Shown: in pieces, positions 1 to 9,935 of the stretch
How positions within the stretch are numbered: the first letter of the stretch is position 1
Layout: each line of letters starts with the position of its first letter
NCBI GenBank assembly: GCA_964485905.1
Contig: CAZAJY010000003.1
Location: 1 to 45,935, forward strand
Direction of reading: 5' to 3'
DNA length: 45,935 nt
From: an uncultured Candidatus Saccharibacteria bacterium
GTDB lineage: Bacteria > Patescibacteriota > Minisyncoccia > Phycocordibacterales > GWA1-40-21
Made by a program: the position numbers and the translations under genes
The notes under the pieces: generated by a model
What the model was told of the DNA's origin: nothing
What the model saw: the letters and a program-made list of their open reading frames with translations, nothing else
Database searches by the model: none

Positions 1-639
1 AAAGATCAAAGTTATTTCCTATGGACTTTGACACAAAAACAATTATCAAAAACTTTATTTCCAGTAGGGGATTTGGAAAAATTAGAAGTTAGAAAATTAG
101 CTAAAAAATTTGATTTAGATAATGCAACTAAAAAAGATAGTCAGGGGGTGTGTTTTATTGGTAAAATTGATATGGCAGATTTCTTAAAAGAATACATCAA
201 GCCCAAAATTGGAAAGGTCTTAAATGAAAAAAAAGAGATAATCGGTCGGCACGATGGAGTCTTTTATTATACTCTCGGTCAAAGACATGGTTTTACTATT
301 ACCAAGAAAACAAATAACGATGACAGATATTTTATTATTAAGAAAGATTCCAAAAACAATACTCTTACAGTTTCCAATAACCCAATTATAGAAAAAGAAA
401 TTTCTAGTCAAGAAATTAAATTAAAAAATATAAATTGGACCTTGGGTATTGAGCCAGATTTAAAGAAAGAATATTTAGCCCGTATTCGTTATCGTCAACC
501 TTTAGAAAAATGCCACCTTTCATGGCAAGGTTCAACCTTGACAGTAATCTTTAAAAATCCACAAAAAGCCCCAACCCCCGGCCAATCTGTTGTTATTTAT
601 GATCAAAGGGTGTGCTTAGGTGGAGGAATTATAGTATAA
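1..639 (+). CDS. mnmA: tRNA 2-thiouridylase MnmA (5'-truncated by window edge)
   Basis: Open from base 1 (KDQSYFL). Motifs KKDSQGVCF, YTLGQRHG, RIRYRQ, TPGQSVVIY..CLGGG. Confidence 0.97.
   Translation, partial: KDQSYFLWTLTQKQLSKTLFPVGDLEKLEVRKLAKKFDLDNATKKDSQGVCFIGKIDMADFLKEYIKPKIGKVLNEKKEIIGRHDGVFYYTLGQRHGFTITKKTNNDDRYFIIKKDSKNNTLTVSNNPIIEKEISSQEIKLKNINWTLGIEPDLKKEYLARIRYRQPLEKCHLSWQGSTLTVIFKNPQKAPTPGQSVVIYDQRVCLGGGIIV
526..540. repeat. 15-bp palindrome CAAGGTT-C-AACCTTG, in frame in mnmA
   Basis: Perfect inverted repeat; same CAAGGT-N3-ACCTTG arms as 32755-32769. Confidence 0.6.
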
Positions 640-646
640 TACTTTG

Positions 647-1546
647 ATGCCACCAAAGGGAATTTATATTATAAAATCTGATGGGACGAGAGAGCTTTTT
701 AATAGAGAGAAACTTTTACATTCTCTGAAAAGAATTGGCACTGATTCTGCTACGGCTGAGTTAATTGTCAGTAAGGTTGAAAAAGATATTCAGGAAGGTA
801 ATTCTACCAAGGAAATTTACCGTCGGGCATTTACTTTACTCAAAAAACATCAGCGGCCAGTGGCCTTAAGGTATTCATTGAAACGCGCTATCGCCGAACT
901 TGGTCCATCGGGATTTCCTTTTGAGAAATTTGTAGCGGAGATATTTAAAGCTCAAGGTTATCAGGCGATGACCAATCAAATCGCCTTGGGCACCTGTGTG
1001 CCACACGAAATTGATGTGGTTGCCTATAATGATACAGAGCTTATTATGGTAGAAGCAAAATTTCACACTGATTTTGGCATTCATTCTGATTTAAAAGTAG
1101 CACTGTATATCAAAGCACGGTTTGAAGATTTACAAAAAGGTGTTTTCCGTTTTGGTGGTAAAGAACGCCGGCTAACTAAGGGTATGCTTATTACTAATAC
1201 TAATTTTTCTTCTACAGCAATTCAATATGGGGAATGCGCTAAATTAAATATGATCGGTTGGAATTATCCACAAGAAAATAATTTACATCATTTAATCGAA
1301 AAGCTTAACTTAGTACCGGTGACCGTCCTAACCACTTTAACCCAGAGTGATAAGAAAATGTTTTTAGCTAATGATATTGTTTTATCAAAGCAATTAGGAG
1401 ACTTTGGTTTATTAAAAAGTTATGGCTTTGATGATTTAAAAGCCCAGGCCGTAGTTAAAGAAGTTTATGATCTATGTCGAGAATGTATCGGACCAGAAGA
1501 ATTAGAAAAAATAAATAAGGAAAAAAATAATGAGCCAATATTATAA
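647..1546 (+). CDS. ATP-cone domain fused to Mrr-like (PD-D/ExK) restriction endonuclease domain
   Basis: N-terminal IIKSDGTRELFNREKL is an ATP cone. FEKFVAEIFKAQGY..EIDV..VEAK..ITNTNFSSTA is Mrr_cat-like. ATG 647 lies 6 nt after TATAAT 635-640. Confidence 0.8.
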   Translation: MPPKGIYIIKSDGTRELFNREKLLHSLKRIGTDSATAELIVSKVEKDIQEGNSTKEIYRRAFTLLKKHQRPVALRYSLKRAIAELGPSGFPFEKFVAEIFKAQGYQAMTNQIALGTCVPHEIDVVAYNDTELIMVEAKFHTDFGIHSDLKVALYIKARFEDLQKGVFRFGGKERRLTKGMLITNTNFSSTAIQYGECAKLNMIGWNYPQENNLHHLIEKLNLVPVTVLTTLTQSDKKMFLANDIVLSKQLGDFGLLKSYGFDDLKAQAVVKEVYDLCRECIGPEELEKINKEKNNEPIL

Positions 1547-2345
1547 TTCAAAAAGAACTAGAGGATTATACGATCCTAAAAATAAAGAGCCTCACCGTTT
1601 GTCGCGTTCTAAGTTGGATTTATTTATGAATTGTCAGCGCTGTTTCTATTTAGACCAAAGACTAGGTGTTGGTCGGCCAGCTTCTTTTCCGCTGACTTTA
1701 AACAACGCTGTGGATTTTTTGATGAAGAAAGAATTTGATATTCATCGGGCCAAGCATTCAGCTCATCCTCTAATGAAGACTTATGGTATAGATGCTGTGC
1801 CTTTTGATGATCCTAAGATGGAAGAATGGCGAGATGCTTTACGCCGTGGTATTTCATATTTACATAAACCAACTAATATTATTCTACGAGGTGGGGTAGA
1901 TGATATTTGGATTAATCCTAAAGGAGAATTAATTGTTGTGGATTATAAAGCCACGAGTAAAGAAGAAGAAATTACTTTAGATGATGAGTGGAAAATTCAA
2001 TATAAAAGACAGATGGAAATTTATCAATGGTTATTTAAACAAAACGGCTATAAAGTTTCTGATACTGGTTATTTTGTTTATGTAAATGGCAAGACCGATA
2101 AAGAAGCTTTTGACGGTCGTTTAGATTTTGAAGTAACGATTATTCCTTATGTTGGTAAAACCGATTGGATTGAAAAGGAAATTTTTAATATGAAAGAATG
2201 TTTAGATTTACCAAATGCTCCAATGGCTAATCCAGATTGTGATTATTGCAATTATAGAAAAAGCGCCGGTGAAAGTCTCCAAAAATTAGCTAAAGTAGAG
2301 AAAATCAAGGAATCGGGAAGTAAGAAAGCCACTTTGTTTGGTTAG
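1530..2345 (+). CDS. PD-(D/E)XK RecB/Cas4-like nuclease with Cys pairs
   Basis: LSRS..CQRC, GGVDD..VVDYK, QMEIY, and C-terminal CDYC. Confidence 0.85.
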   Translation: MSQYYNSKRTRGLYDPKNKEPHRLSRSKLDLFMNCQRCFYLDQRLGVGRPASFPLTLNNAVDFLMKKEFDIHRAKHSAHPLMKTYGIDAVPFDDPKMEEWRDALRRGISYLHKPTNIILRGGVDDIWINPKGELIVVDYKATSKEEEITLDDEWKIQYKRQMEIYQWLFKQNGYKVSDTGYFVYVNGKTDKEAFDGRLDFEVTIIPYVGKTDWIEKEIFNMKECLDLPNAPMANPDCDYCNYRKSAGESLQKLAKVEKIKESGSKKATLFG

Positions 2346-2367
2346 TTTTTTATGCTATATTTTACAA

Positions 2368-4152
2368 ATGCAAGCTAAAGAAATCCGCGAAAGATATTTA
2401 AAATTTTTTGAGAAAAGAGGACATAAAATCATTCCTTCCGCTTCTTTGATTCCGGAAGATTATGTGATTCCAGATAAGGGTTCGTTGTTTACAACCGCTG
2501 GAATGCAACCATTGATTCCTTATTTACTTGGTGAAAAACATATGGCTGGAACGAGAATTGTGGACGTTCAGAAATGTATTCGGACGATAGATATTGATGA
2601 GGTTGGAGATAATCGTCACTTAACTTTTTTCGAGATGATGGGAAACTGGTCTCTTGGTGATTATTTTAAAAAAGAATCAATCGCTTGGAGTCTTGAATTT
2701 CTTACAAGTAAGAAGGATGGGCTTGGGCTCGATCCAAGAAGACTTTACGTAACTGTTTTCAAAGGTGAAAATGGGATACCGCGAGATGAAGAATCGATTG
2801 ATATTTGGAAAGAAAATTTTAATAAATTTAACATAATTGCGAAAGTAGCCGGAGAGGATGAATTTATAAAAGATGAAGTCAAGATTATTCCATTAGGAGT
2901 AGAAGATAATTTTTGGATTGCTGGTCAGATTGGCCCATGTGGAGCTGATACAGAAATGTTTTATGATACTGTGGGTGGAAAGTTAGAGAGTAAATTTTCT
3001 GATCTAGTAAAATCTGGTCGGATTATTGAAATTTGGAACAATGTATTTATGGAATTCAATAAAACGTCTAACGGTAAGTATGAACCATTAGCTAAAAAGA
3101 ATGTGGATACTGGTATGGGATTAGAACGAACTGCGGTTGTAATGCAAGGTAAGAACAATGTCTTTGAGACTGATATATTTGAGCCAATTATCTCTTATAT
3201 AAAAATTAATTCTAAAAAATATGAAGAAAGAGCGGCTAGAATTGTAGCAGACCATATTCGTTCAGCTGTTTTTATAATATCGGATGGCGTGGTTCCTTCA
3301 AACACCGAAGCTGGTTATGTCTTAAGACGGATTTTAAGACGGGCAATTAGATTTATAGATAAACTAGAACTTTCCAAAGAAGCAATTTTTGAATTAATGA
3401 AAATAGTTATTATAAATTTTTCCTATGCCTATCCAGAATTAAAAATAGAAGAGAAAGAGATTTTAGAGATAATTAAAAATGAGAATGAAAAATTTAGACT
3501 TACTCTTGAAAAAGGTTTAAGAGAATTTGAAAAAGGGACGGACGCCTTTAATTTATTTCAGACTTACGGTTTTCCAATTGAAATGACCGTGGAATTAGCT
3601 AAAGAACATGGGGTGATTGTGGATATGAATGTATTTAATGAACAGATGAAAAAACATCAGGAAATTTCCAAAGCTGGAAGTGAGCAAAAATTTAAGGGGG
3701 GATTGGCGGGGACGGGGGAAATGGAAACCAAATATCACACAGCTACACATTTACTTTTGGCCGCTCTAAGAAAAGTACTGGGAGGAGAAATTGTGCAGAA
3801 GGGAAGTAATATTACCGCCGAGAGAATGCGTTTTGATTTTAATTGGCCGGAGAAATTGACTGCCGAGCAAATAAAGAACGTAGAAGATTTAGTTAATCAA
3901 AAAATTCAGGAAAAATTACCAATCGTTTTAATGGAATTACCCAAAGAAGAAGCTAAGAAAATTGTCACGACTTTATCATTTGATTTGTCTAAATATGGAG
4001 ATATAGTGAAAGTTTATAAAATTGGTTCTTTTAGTGCAGAATTTTGTGGTGGTCCTCATATCTCAAATACTTCCGAACTCGGTCATTTCAAAATCATCAA
4101 AGAAGAAGCCTCCTCCGCCGGCGTTCGTAGAATAAAGGCCATCCTATCTTAA
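2368..4152 (+). CDS. alaS: alanyl-tRNA synthetase, short form lacking C-Ala domain
   Basis: LFTTAGMQP, HLTFFEMMGN, DTGMGLER, editing motifs HTATH and CGGPH. Ends at AGVRRIKA. Start re-assigned to ATG 2368 after TG-c-TATATT. Confidence 0.97.
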   Translation: MQAKEIRERYLKFFEKRGHKIIPSASLIPEDYVIPDKGSLFTTAGMQPLIPYLLGEKHMAGTRIVDVQKCIRTIDIDEVGDNRHLTFFEMMGNWSLGDYFKKESIAWSLEFLTSKKDGLGLDPRRLYVTVFKGENGIPRDEESIDIWKENFNKFNIIAKVAGEDEFIKDEVKIIPLGVEDNFWIAGQIGPCGADTEMFYDTVGGKLESKFSDLVKSGRIIEIWNNVFMEFNKTSNGKYEPLAKKNVDTGMGLERTAVVMQGKNNVFETDIFEPIISYIKINSKKYEERAARIVADHIRSAVFIISDGVVPSNTEAGYVLRRILRRAIRFIDKLELSKEAIFELMKIVIINFSYAYPELKIEEKEILEIIKNENEKFRLTLEKGLREFEKGTDAFNLFQTYGFPIEMTVELAKEHGVIVDMNVFNEQMKKHQEISKAGSEQKFKGGLAGTGEMETKYHTATHLLLAALRKVLGGEIVQKGSNITAERMRFDFNWPEKLTAEQIKNVEDLVNQKIQEKLPIVLMELPKEEAKKIVTTLSFDLSKYGDIVKVYKIGSFSAEFCGGPHISNTSELGHFKIIKEEASSAGVRRIKAILS

Positions 4153-4159
4153 TCTTACT

Positions 4160-4188
4160 TTGCATCATATAGTAATATAGACTATAAT
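4160..4188 (+). promoter_or_regulatory. sigma70 promoter, leaderless
   Basis: TTGCAT-17nt-TATAAT, with the ATG 6 nt downstream. Confidence 0.75.
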
Positions 4189-4194
4189 ATCCCT

Positions 4195-5340
4195 ATGTCG
4201 TTCTTTGGTTTTACAAAAAAATGTAGAGACTCCTATTCTTTGGTTTTTAATATTGGCAGTGGTAGTATAAGTGGAGGAATAATAAAATTTACTGAAAAAG
4301 CTGGAGTGGACATGGTCTATTACCAGAAAGAATCTATTCCTTTTCAATTAGAAATTTCTATTCCTAAACACTTAGAGTTAATGAAATCAACTTTAGACAT
4401 TTTGGCTAATAAAATTCAATCGGAAGGATTAAAAAAATTAAATTTAAATACTGGGAAAAATATTAGAATTAGTAAGGTCTTTTACGCTTTTTCCTCTCCC
4501 TGGAGCATTTCTCAAACTAAAACTATTAGAATAAAGGAGAGTAAGCCATTTAAGGTAACTGACATATATTTAAATCATATTATTGAAGAACAAGAGAAAC
4601 AATTCCAAACTGATATTGCTAAAAATGGAAAGATTATTGAAAATAAGATCATTCAAGTAAAGATTAATGATTATGTTATTAATGATTTTAATAATAAATT
4701 AGCTAAAAACTTAGAATTATCAGTCTTTTTAACAGTAGTACCAGAAGAAATTTTACAAATTGTAGATGATGCAGTTTCTAAAACTTTTCATTTAAAAGAT
4801 ATTTATTGTCACTCTTCTGCTCTAGCGACTTTTTCCGTTATTAGAAATCTCTTTCCACAAAAAGAAGATTTTATTTCCATTGATATTAGTGAAGAAATAA
4901 CAGATATCTCCGTTATAAAAGATAATATTATTACAAGTAATGTTTCTATACCATTTGGTCGTAATCATTTTATTCGAGAATTATCTATAGTTTTAAATGT
5001 ATCAGAAGAAATTGCAGATTCCATGGTTAACATGCATAATACTAAAGATAACGATGAACTAGCCGCTATGAAATTATCTGTAGCTATGGATAAGGCAGCA
5101 GTCAATTGGTTCACAAAGATTTTAAGTGTTTTAGATAGTTTAAAAGAAAAAATATATGTGCCGGAATCAATTTTCTTAATTGCTAATAATGATTTAGCTA
5201 ATTTCTTAAAAGATAAATTGGAGAGGCATGATTTCAAGGTTTTATTAATTGATAATAAAAAAATTAAGTCACCAGTTATTGTAGAGAGCGTACTTTTTAA
5301 ATTGATTTTAATATTTTTTGATAAACTTTATAAAATATAA
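4195..5340 (+). CDS. FtsA/PilM-like actin-fold protein (degenerate)
   Basis: Phosphate-1-like VFNIGSGSI, phosphate-2-like IDISEEITDI, and IPFGRNHFIREL. Confidence 0.6.
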   Translation: MSFFGFTKKCRDSYSLVFNIGSGSISGGIIKFTEKAGVDMVYYQKESIPFQLEISIPKHLELMKSTLDILANKIQSEGLKKLNLNTGKNIRISKVFYAFSSPWSISQTKTIRIKESKPFKVTDIYLNHIIEEQEKQFQTDIAKNGKIIENKIIQVKINDYVINDFNNKLAKNLELSVFLTVVPEEILQIVDDAVSKTFHLKDIYCHSSALATFSVIRNLFPQKEDFISIDISEEITDISVIKDNIITSNVSIPFGRNHFIRELSIVLNVSEEIADSMVNMHNTKDNDELAAMKLSVAMDKAAVNWFTKILSVLDSLKEKIYVPESIFLIANNDLANFLKDKLERHDFKVLLIDNKKIKSPVIVESVLFKLILIFFDKLYKI

Positions 5341-5342
5341 TT

Positions 5343-6638
5343 ATGACAAAAAAAATAATCAGCGATATAATTGTTTCTAAAAGATCTATTAGGCAGATAT
5401 CAATTCCTTTAGAAAAGAAGGAAAAGGAGGATTCGAATATTTTAAGAATGAGAAAGAGTTCCAGCTGGCAAAGAAAGCCCTTAAATCCCAAATTCGTCAT
5501 CTGGTCTATCGCTGGTATTTGTGTTTTAGCATTATTTTTTAGTATTTCAATTTTATTTTCTTCCGCGACGGTTATTATTACTCCACGATTAGAAAAAATA
5601 TCTTTTAATGATGATACTTATACAGCTAAGACTAGTTCATCGGGAACAACTGGTCTTATCTTTGAGATTTTAAATCTAAAACAGACTGCAAGCGAGACGG
5701 TTGAAGCAACAGAAGAGAAAACTGTTAGTCAAAAAGCTAGTGGAAAGATCGTCATTTATAATAATTATAGTTCGGCTTCTCAACGTTTAATAAATAATAC
5801 ACGTTTTGAATCAAAAGATGGGCGAATCTATAGAATCAATACTTCAGTTGTGGTTCCTGGGCTTAAAAAAGTTGATGGTGCAGTTATTCCAGGAAGTGTT
5901 GAAGCTACTGTTTTTGCTGATCAAGCTGGAGAAAATTACAATTTAAAAATGGTTGATTTAACTGGTGATTTTAAAATACCAGGTTTTAAAGGAGATTTAC
6001 GTTACGATAGTTTTTATGCCAGATTAAAGGAAGATATTATTGGTGGCTTTGTTGGTCAACAAAGAATTGTCTCTGATGAATTAAGGCGAAAAACAGAAGA
6101 AATTCTAAAAGATAAATTAAAAGAGCAATTATTAAAAGAACTGTATGCTGTTAAACCAGAAAATTATTTAATTTTTGAGAATAGTTATTCAATCAATTAT
6201 GTTGGTTTACCTGATACAGCCGTGGAGTCAAATAAGGCAAAAATAAATTTGGAAGGAACTTTGAGTGGCGTTATTTTTAATAATTTAAAATTATCAAAAC
6301 ATGTAGCAATAAAAAAGATTGAAAATTTTGATGAATTACCAACTGAACTTATTCCAACGGATAACTTTGTGGTGACATTTAAAGCAAAAAATATGACCGA
6401 CTTATGGAGAAATGATACCTTAGAAATTATTTTTACTGGTAATGCTAATATAAAGTGGTTATATGATGAAGAAGCTATCAAAAAAGATTTAGCTGGTAAG
6501 AAAGAAAGTGAAATTAGGACCTTGGCTTCTAAATACCAAAATTCTGTTTCTGGTCTTAAGGTTTTATTCAAACCAGTTTGGACTCGCTATTTCCCAGATA
6601 ATATAAATAAGATTAAGATAACTGAGCTTGACTATTAA
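5343..6638 (+). CDS. membrane-anchored baseplate J-like domain protein
   Basis: Single TM at about aa 52-73, then ATVIITP, KASGKIVIYN, TRF..G.IYR, VFADQAGENYN. Confidence 0.6.
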   Translation: MTKKIISDIIVSKRSIRQISIPLEKKEKEDSNILRMRKSSSWQRKPLNPKFVIWSIAGICVLALFFSISILFSSATVIITPRLEKISFNDDTYTAKTSSSGTTGLIFEILNLKQTASETVEATEEKTVSQKASGKIVIYNNYSSASQRLINNTRFESKDGRIYRINTSVVVPGLKKVDGAVIPGSVEATVFADQAGENYNLKMVDLTGDFKIPGFKGDLRYDSFYARLKEDIIGGFVGQQRIVSDELRRKTEEILKDKLKEQLLKELYAVKPENYLIFENSYSINYVGLPDTAVESNKAKINLEGTLSGVIFNNLKLSKHVAIKKIENFDELPTELIPTDNFVVTFKAKNMTDLWRNDTLEIIFTGNANIKWLYDEEAIKKDLAGKKESEIRTLASKYQNSVSGLKVLFKPVWTRYFPDNINKIKITELDY

Positions 6639-6657
6639 GGTGATCTTTTGCTATAAT
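6628..6657 (+). promoter_or_regulatory. sigma70 promoter for infA-rpmJ
   Basis: TTGACT-18nt-TATAAT with extended TG. Confidence 0.7.
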
Positions 6658-6674
6658 GCCGCTTGTCCTTTTCA

Positions 6675-6893
6675 ATGGTAAATAATAAAGACAAACAAAT
6701 TATGGAGGGGGTAGTGACTGAGGCTTTTCCCAATACACTTTTTAAAGTTAAAACAGTCAATGATCAAAATGAAATTTTATGCTTTCTTTCGGGAAAAATG
6801 AGAATGCATAGGATTAGGGTCTTAATTGGTGATAAGGTTTCTTTTGAAGTAGATCAGTATGGGGGTAAAGGTAAAATAATAAAAAGATCTTAA
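6675..6893 (+). CDS. infA: translation initiation factor IF-1
   Basis: [33 protein letters not shown]. Confidence 0.96.
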   Translation: MVNNKDKQIMEGVVTEAFPNTLFKVKTVNDQNEILCFLSGKMRMHRIRVLIGDKVSFEVDQYGGKGKIIKRS

Positions 6894-6903
6894 TTTTAAA
6901 AAT

Positions 6904-7020
6904 ATGAAAGTAAAAGCATCTGTTAAAAAAATATGTCCTAAATGTAAGACTGTTCGCCGAAAGGGTAGGGTTGTGGTTGTTTGTACGGCTAATGCTAGGC
7001 ACAAACAAAGACAGGGATAA
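6904..7020 (+). CDS. rpmJ: 50S ribosomal protein L36 (not in ORF track)
   Basis: Translated by hand: [38 protein letters not shown]. Confidence 0.97.
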   Translation: MKVKASVKKICPKCKTVRRKGRVVVVCTANARHKQRQG

Positions 7021-7023
7021 TCA

Positions 7024-7052
7024 TTGCATTATAAGTTCGTTTATGATATAAT
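7024..7052 (+). promoter_or_regulatory. sigma70 promoter for rpsM operon
   Basis: TTGCAT-17nt-TATAAT with extended TG. Confidence 0.7.
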
Positions 7053-7072
7053 CGTCGGGTTAATTTTAATTT

Positions 7073-7453
7073 ATGCGTATTTCAGGAATAACCATACCAG
7101 ACAATAAAAGATTGAAAGTTGGACTAACCGTGCTTTATGGCATAGGTTTATCTTTGTCTAAATCAATTCTAAGTGAAGCAAAAGTCAGCGGTGAGAAAAA
7201 ACCAACCGAAATTACGCCAGAAGAAGAAAATGAGATCAGAAAAATCATTGAAAAAAATAAAACAGAAGGAGATTTAAAGAGAGAAGTCTCCGGAAATATT
7301 AAAAGATTAAAGGATATCAAGTCGTACCGAGGGACAAGGCATGCAAAAAAACTTCCTTCTCGTGGACAGAGAACAAAGACTAATTCACGAACTCTTCGTG
7401 GTAATACAAGAAAGACAATGGGAACTGGTAGAAAAATAGCTGATAAAAAATAG
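7073..7453 (+). CDS. rpsM: 30S ribosomal protein S13
   Basis: RISGITIP..YGIG..SYRGTRH..LPSRGQRTKTNSRT. Confidence 0.97.
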   Translation: MRISGITIPDNKRLKVGLTVLYGIGLSLSKSILSEAKVSGEKKPTEITPEEENEIRKIIEKNKTEGDLKREVSGNIKRLKDIKSYRGTRHAKKLPSRGQRTKTNSRTLRGNTRKTMGTGRKIADKK

Positions 7454-7479
7454 TTCAATAAAAATTCACTATAAATAAA

Positions 7480-7938
7480 ATGGGAAAAGTTAAAATTGCA
7501 AAAAAAGAAGAGGCTGGTGATGATAAAAAAGTTATCGCTCCAGTAGTAGAAGCAAAAACTGATGCTCCAGCTAAGGTTTCTAATAAAAACAGAATTAGTT
7601 CTGGTGTTTTGTATGTAGAATCAACTTTCAATAATACTAAAGTTTCTTTAACTGATGATAAGGGAAATGTTTTAATGTGGTCATCTAGTGGTTCACTTGG
7701 TTTTAAGGGCGCTAAAAAAGGAACACCCTTTGCGGCGGCTAAGATTGGTGAAACCTTGGGCCAAAAAGCTTTTGATTTAGGACTTAAAGAAATAGCTGTG
7801 ATCGTTAAAGGAGTTGGTTCCGGTCGGGAATCAGCTATTAGAGGTTTTATTTCTAAAGGTTTTACCATTAATTCTATAAAAGATACTACCCCGGTCCCTC
7901 ACAATGGTCCTAAACCTAAAAAACCAAGAAGAGTATAG
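7480..7938 (+). CDS. rpsK: 30S ribosomal protein S11 (N-terminal extension)
   Basis: STFNNT, GFKGAKKGTPFAA, KGVGSGRE, DTTPVPHNG. Confidence 0.97.
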   Translation: MGKVKIAKKEEAGDDKKVIAPVVEAKTDAPAKVSNKNRISSGVLYVESTFNNTKVSLTDDKGNVLMWSSSGSLGFKGAKKGTPFAAAKIGETLGQKAFDLGLKEIAVIVKGVGSGRESAIRGFISKGFTINSIKDTTPVPHNGPKPKKPRRV

Positions 7939-7961
7939 GAATAAAATATAGTATAAACAAT

Positions 7962-8567
7962 ATGATAAACAAACCAAAATACAAAATTGCTAGACGACTT
8001 GGAGCTAATGTTTTTGATAAAACTCAAGGTCAAAAATGTACAGAAAGAGAGGCCCGTAAGAAAGTTGAGAGAAGACCTCGCCCAAAGAGTGATTTTGGTT
8101 TACAAATGTTAGAAAAACAAAAAGCCAAAGTAACCTACGGTATTGGAGAAAGAATGTTTGCTAAATATGTTAAAAGTATTTTAGATAAAGCGGGTGCTAA
8201 CTCTCCAGAAAAATTAATCTCTATTTTGGAATCAAGATTAGATAATGTAATTTATCGCTTAGGTTTAGCCTCTACTAGACAAGCATCCCGACAAATTGTT
8301 TCTCACGGCCATATAAAAGTAAATGGTTCTAAAATAACGGTTCCATCTTATACAGTATCCATTGGTGATAAAATTTCAATTAAAGAAAATAGTCTTAAAA
8401 AAGGAATCTTTATTAATATTGGTGAAAAATTAAAAGATCATAATAATCCATCTTGGTTAATTTTTGATTTAGCAAAAAATGAAGGAAAAATCCAAGGTGC
8501 ACCCAAACTTACCGCTATGGAAACAAATTTTGATACTGCCGCCGTCCTTAACTTTTATAGTCGTTAA
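7962..8567 (+). CDS. rpsD: 30S ribosomal protein S4
   Basis: SDFGLQMLEKQK, LESRLDNVIYRLG, RQIVSHGHI, FYSR end. Confidence 0.97.
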   Translation: MINKPKYKIARRLGANVFDKTQGQKCTEREARKKVERRPRPKSDFGLQMLEKQKAKVTYGIGERMFAKYVKSILDKAGANSPEKLISILESRLDNVIYRLGLASTRQASRQIVSHGHIKVNGSKITVPSYTVSIGDKISIKENSLKKGIFINIGEKLKDHNNPSWLIFDLAKNEGKIQGAPKLTAMETNFDTAAVLNFYSR

Positions 8568-8582
8568 TTTTAATAATTAATT

Positions 8583-8600
8583 TCTCGACTAAAATCGAGA
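8583..8600. repeat. hairpin TCTCGA-N6-TCGAGA in rpoA leader
   Basis: TCTCGA-CTAAAA-TCGAGA; same arms as the copy in smc at 38763-38780. Confidence 0.45.
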
Positions 8601-8613
8601 TAAGTAAAAAAAC

Positions 8614-9570
8614 ATGTCAGAAAACAAACAAGTTTTATTGCCTTCCAAGCCACGAATCATATCGGAAGAAGGATTTTCAGGAACATATGAAATCGATGGC
8701 CTTTATCCTGGTTATGGTCATACTCTTGGTAATTCATTAAGAAGAATTATTTTATCTTCTTTGCCTGGCGCAGCTATTACATCCGTTAAAATTAAAAGTG
8801 TTGATCATGAATTTTCCTCAGTTACTGGAGTAAAAGAAGATGTTATCACTTTAATTTTGAATTTAAAGAAAATCAGAATAAAAATATTATCTGATGAGGC
8901 TCAAATACTTGAATTAAATGTTAAGGGGATAAAAGAAGTTACTGCAGGCGATATTAATGTGCCTGGTCAAGTAGAGATCTTAAACCCAGATTTACATATT
9001 GCTAGCCTTGGTAGTAAGTCAGCTGAGTTAATTATAGAAATGAAAGTCGAAAAAGGTTTAGGATATGTTCCTAAAGAAATCTTACAAAAGGACAGAACAG
9101 AAATTGGTCATATTGCCTTAGATGCTATTTTTAGTCCAATTCGTCGTGTAAATTATGAAGTAGAAAATATGCGTGTTGGTGATCGAACAGATTTCAATAA
9201 ATTAAAATTATTTATTGAAACCGATGGAACAATTATGCCCCAAGAGGCCCTGGAAGAGTCAATTTTAATTATGATTAGCCAACTTAAGGCAATTGTAGGT
9301 TTTCAAGAGCCAGAAATAATCATTAAAGAAGAAAAAGAGGAAAAAGAGGAAGATTCTAAGGAAACTGATGCAGAGTTCTTAAAGACTAGAATTGAAACTC
9401 TTGATTTGTCTGCAAGAACAATTAATGCATTATCAAATGGTAATATCAGAACCATTGGAGGTTTAGCTAGAAAGAAAGAAAAAGATTTAGAGGAGGTTGA
9501 GGGTTTGGGACCAAAAGGTATTCAAGAAATAAGAAAGGTTTTGTCTAATTACGGTATTACTTTAAAATAA
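8614..9570 (+). CDS. rpoA: RNA polymerase alpha subunit
   Basis: GYGHTLGNSLRRIILSSLPGAA, DAIFSPIRRV, alpha-CTD LSARTINAL. Confidence 0.98.
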   Translation: MSENKQVLLPSKPRIISEEGFSGTYEIDGLYPGYGHTLGNSLRRIILSSLPGAAITSVKIKSVDHEFSSVTGVKEDVITLILNLKKIRIKILSDEAQILELNVKGIKEVTAGDINVPGQVEILNPDLHIASLGSKSAELIIEMKVEKGLGYVPKEILQKDRTEIGHIALDAIFSPIRRVNYEVENMRVGDRTDFNKLKLFIETDGTIMPQEALEESILIMISQLKAIVGFQEPEIIIKEEKEEKEEDSKETDAEFLKTRIETLDLSARTINALSNGNIRTIGGLARKKEKDLEEVEGLGPKGIQEIRKVLSNYGITLK

Positions 9571-9574
9571 AAAT

Positions 9575-9922
9575 ATGATACATGGTCAAAAAACAAATAA
9601 ATTAAGCCGTGAGAGGAACGTAAGAAATGCCTTGTTAAAAACATTGGCTGTGTCTTTAATTCGTGAGGGTAAAATTAAGACAACAGAAGCTAAGGCTAAA
9701 ACTTTAAAACCAATTGTAGAAAAATTAGTGACTAAAGCAAAAATTGGTGATTTAAGTGCACAAAGATTTATCACTAGTAAAATTGGCCCCACTAGTACTA
9801 AAAAATTAATTAATACTATTGCTATAAAATATAAGGAGCGAAACGGTGGTTATTTAAGAATTATTAAATTAAATGATCGGAAGAATGATTCTGCTAAAAT
9901 AGTTTTGTTAGAGTTCGTTTAA
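9575..9922 (+). CDS. rplQ: 50S ribosomal protein L17
   Basis: IKTTEAKAK, ERNGGYLRIIK. Confidence 0.96.
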   Translation: MIHGQKTNKLSRERNVRNALLKTLAVSLIREGKIKTTEAKAKTLKPIVEKLVTKAKIGDLSAQRFITSKIGPTSTKKLINTIAIKYKERNGGYLRIIKLNDRKNDSAKIVLLEFV

Positions 9923-9935
9923 ATAATAAAAGTAT

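Noticed and set aside
1530-2345. Cas4 of a CRISPR system
   Set aside because: No cas1/cas2 or array nearby; treated as a solo nuclease.
5343-6638. Prophage
   Set aside because: Single membrane-anchored gene with no other phage genes.
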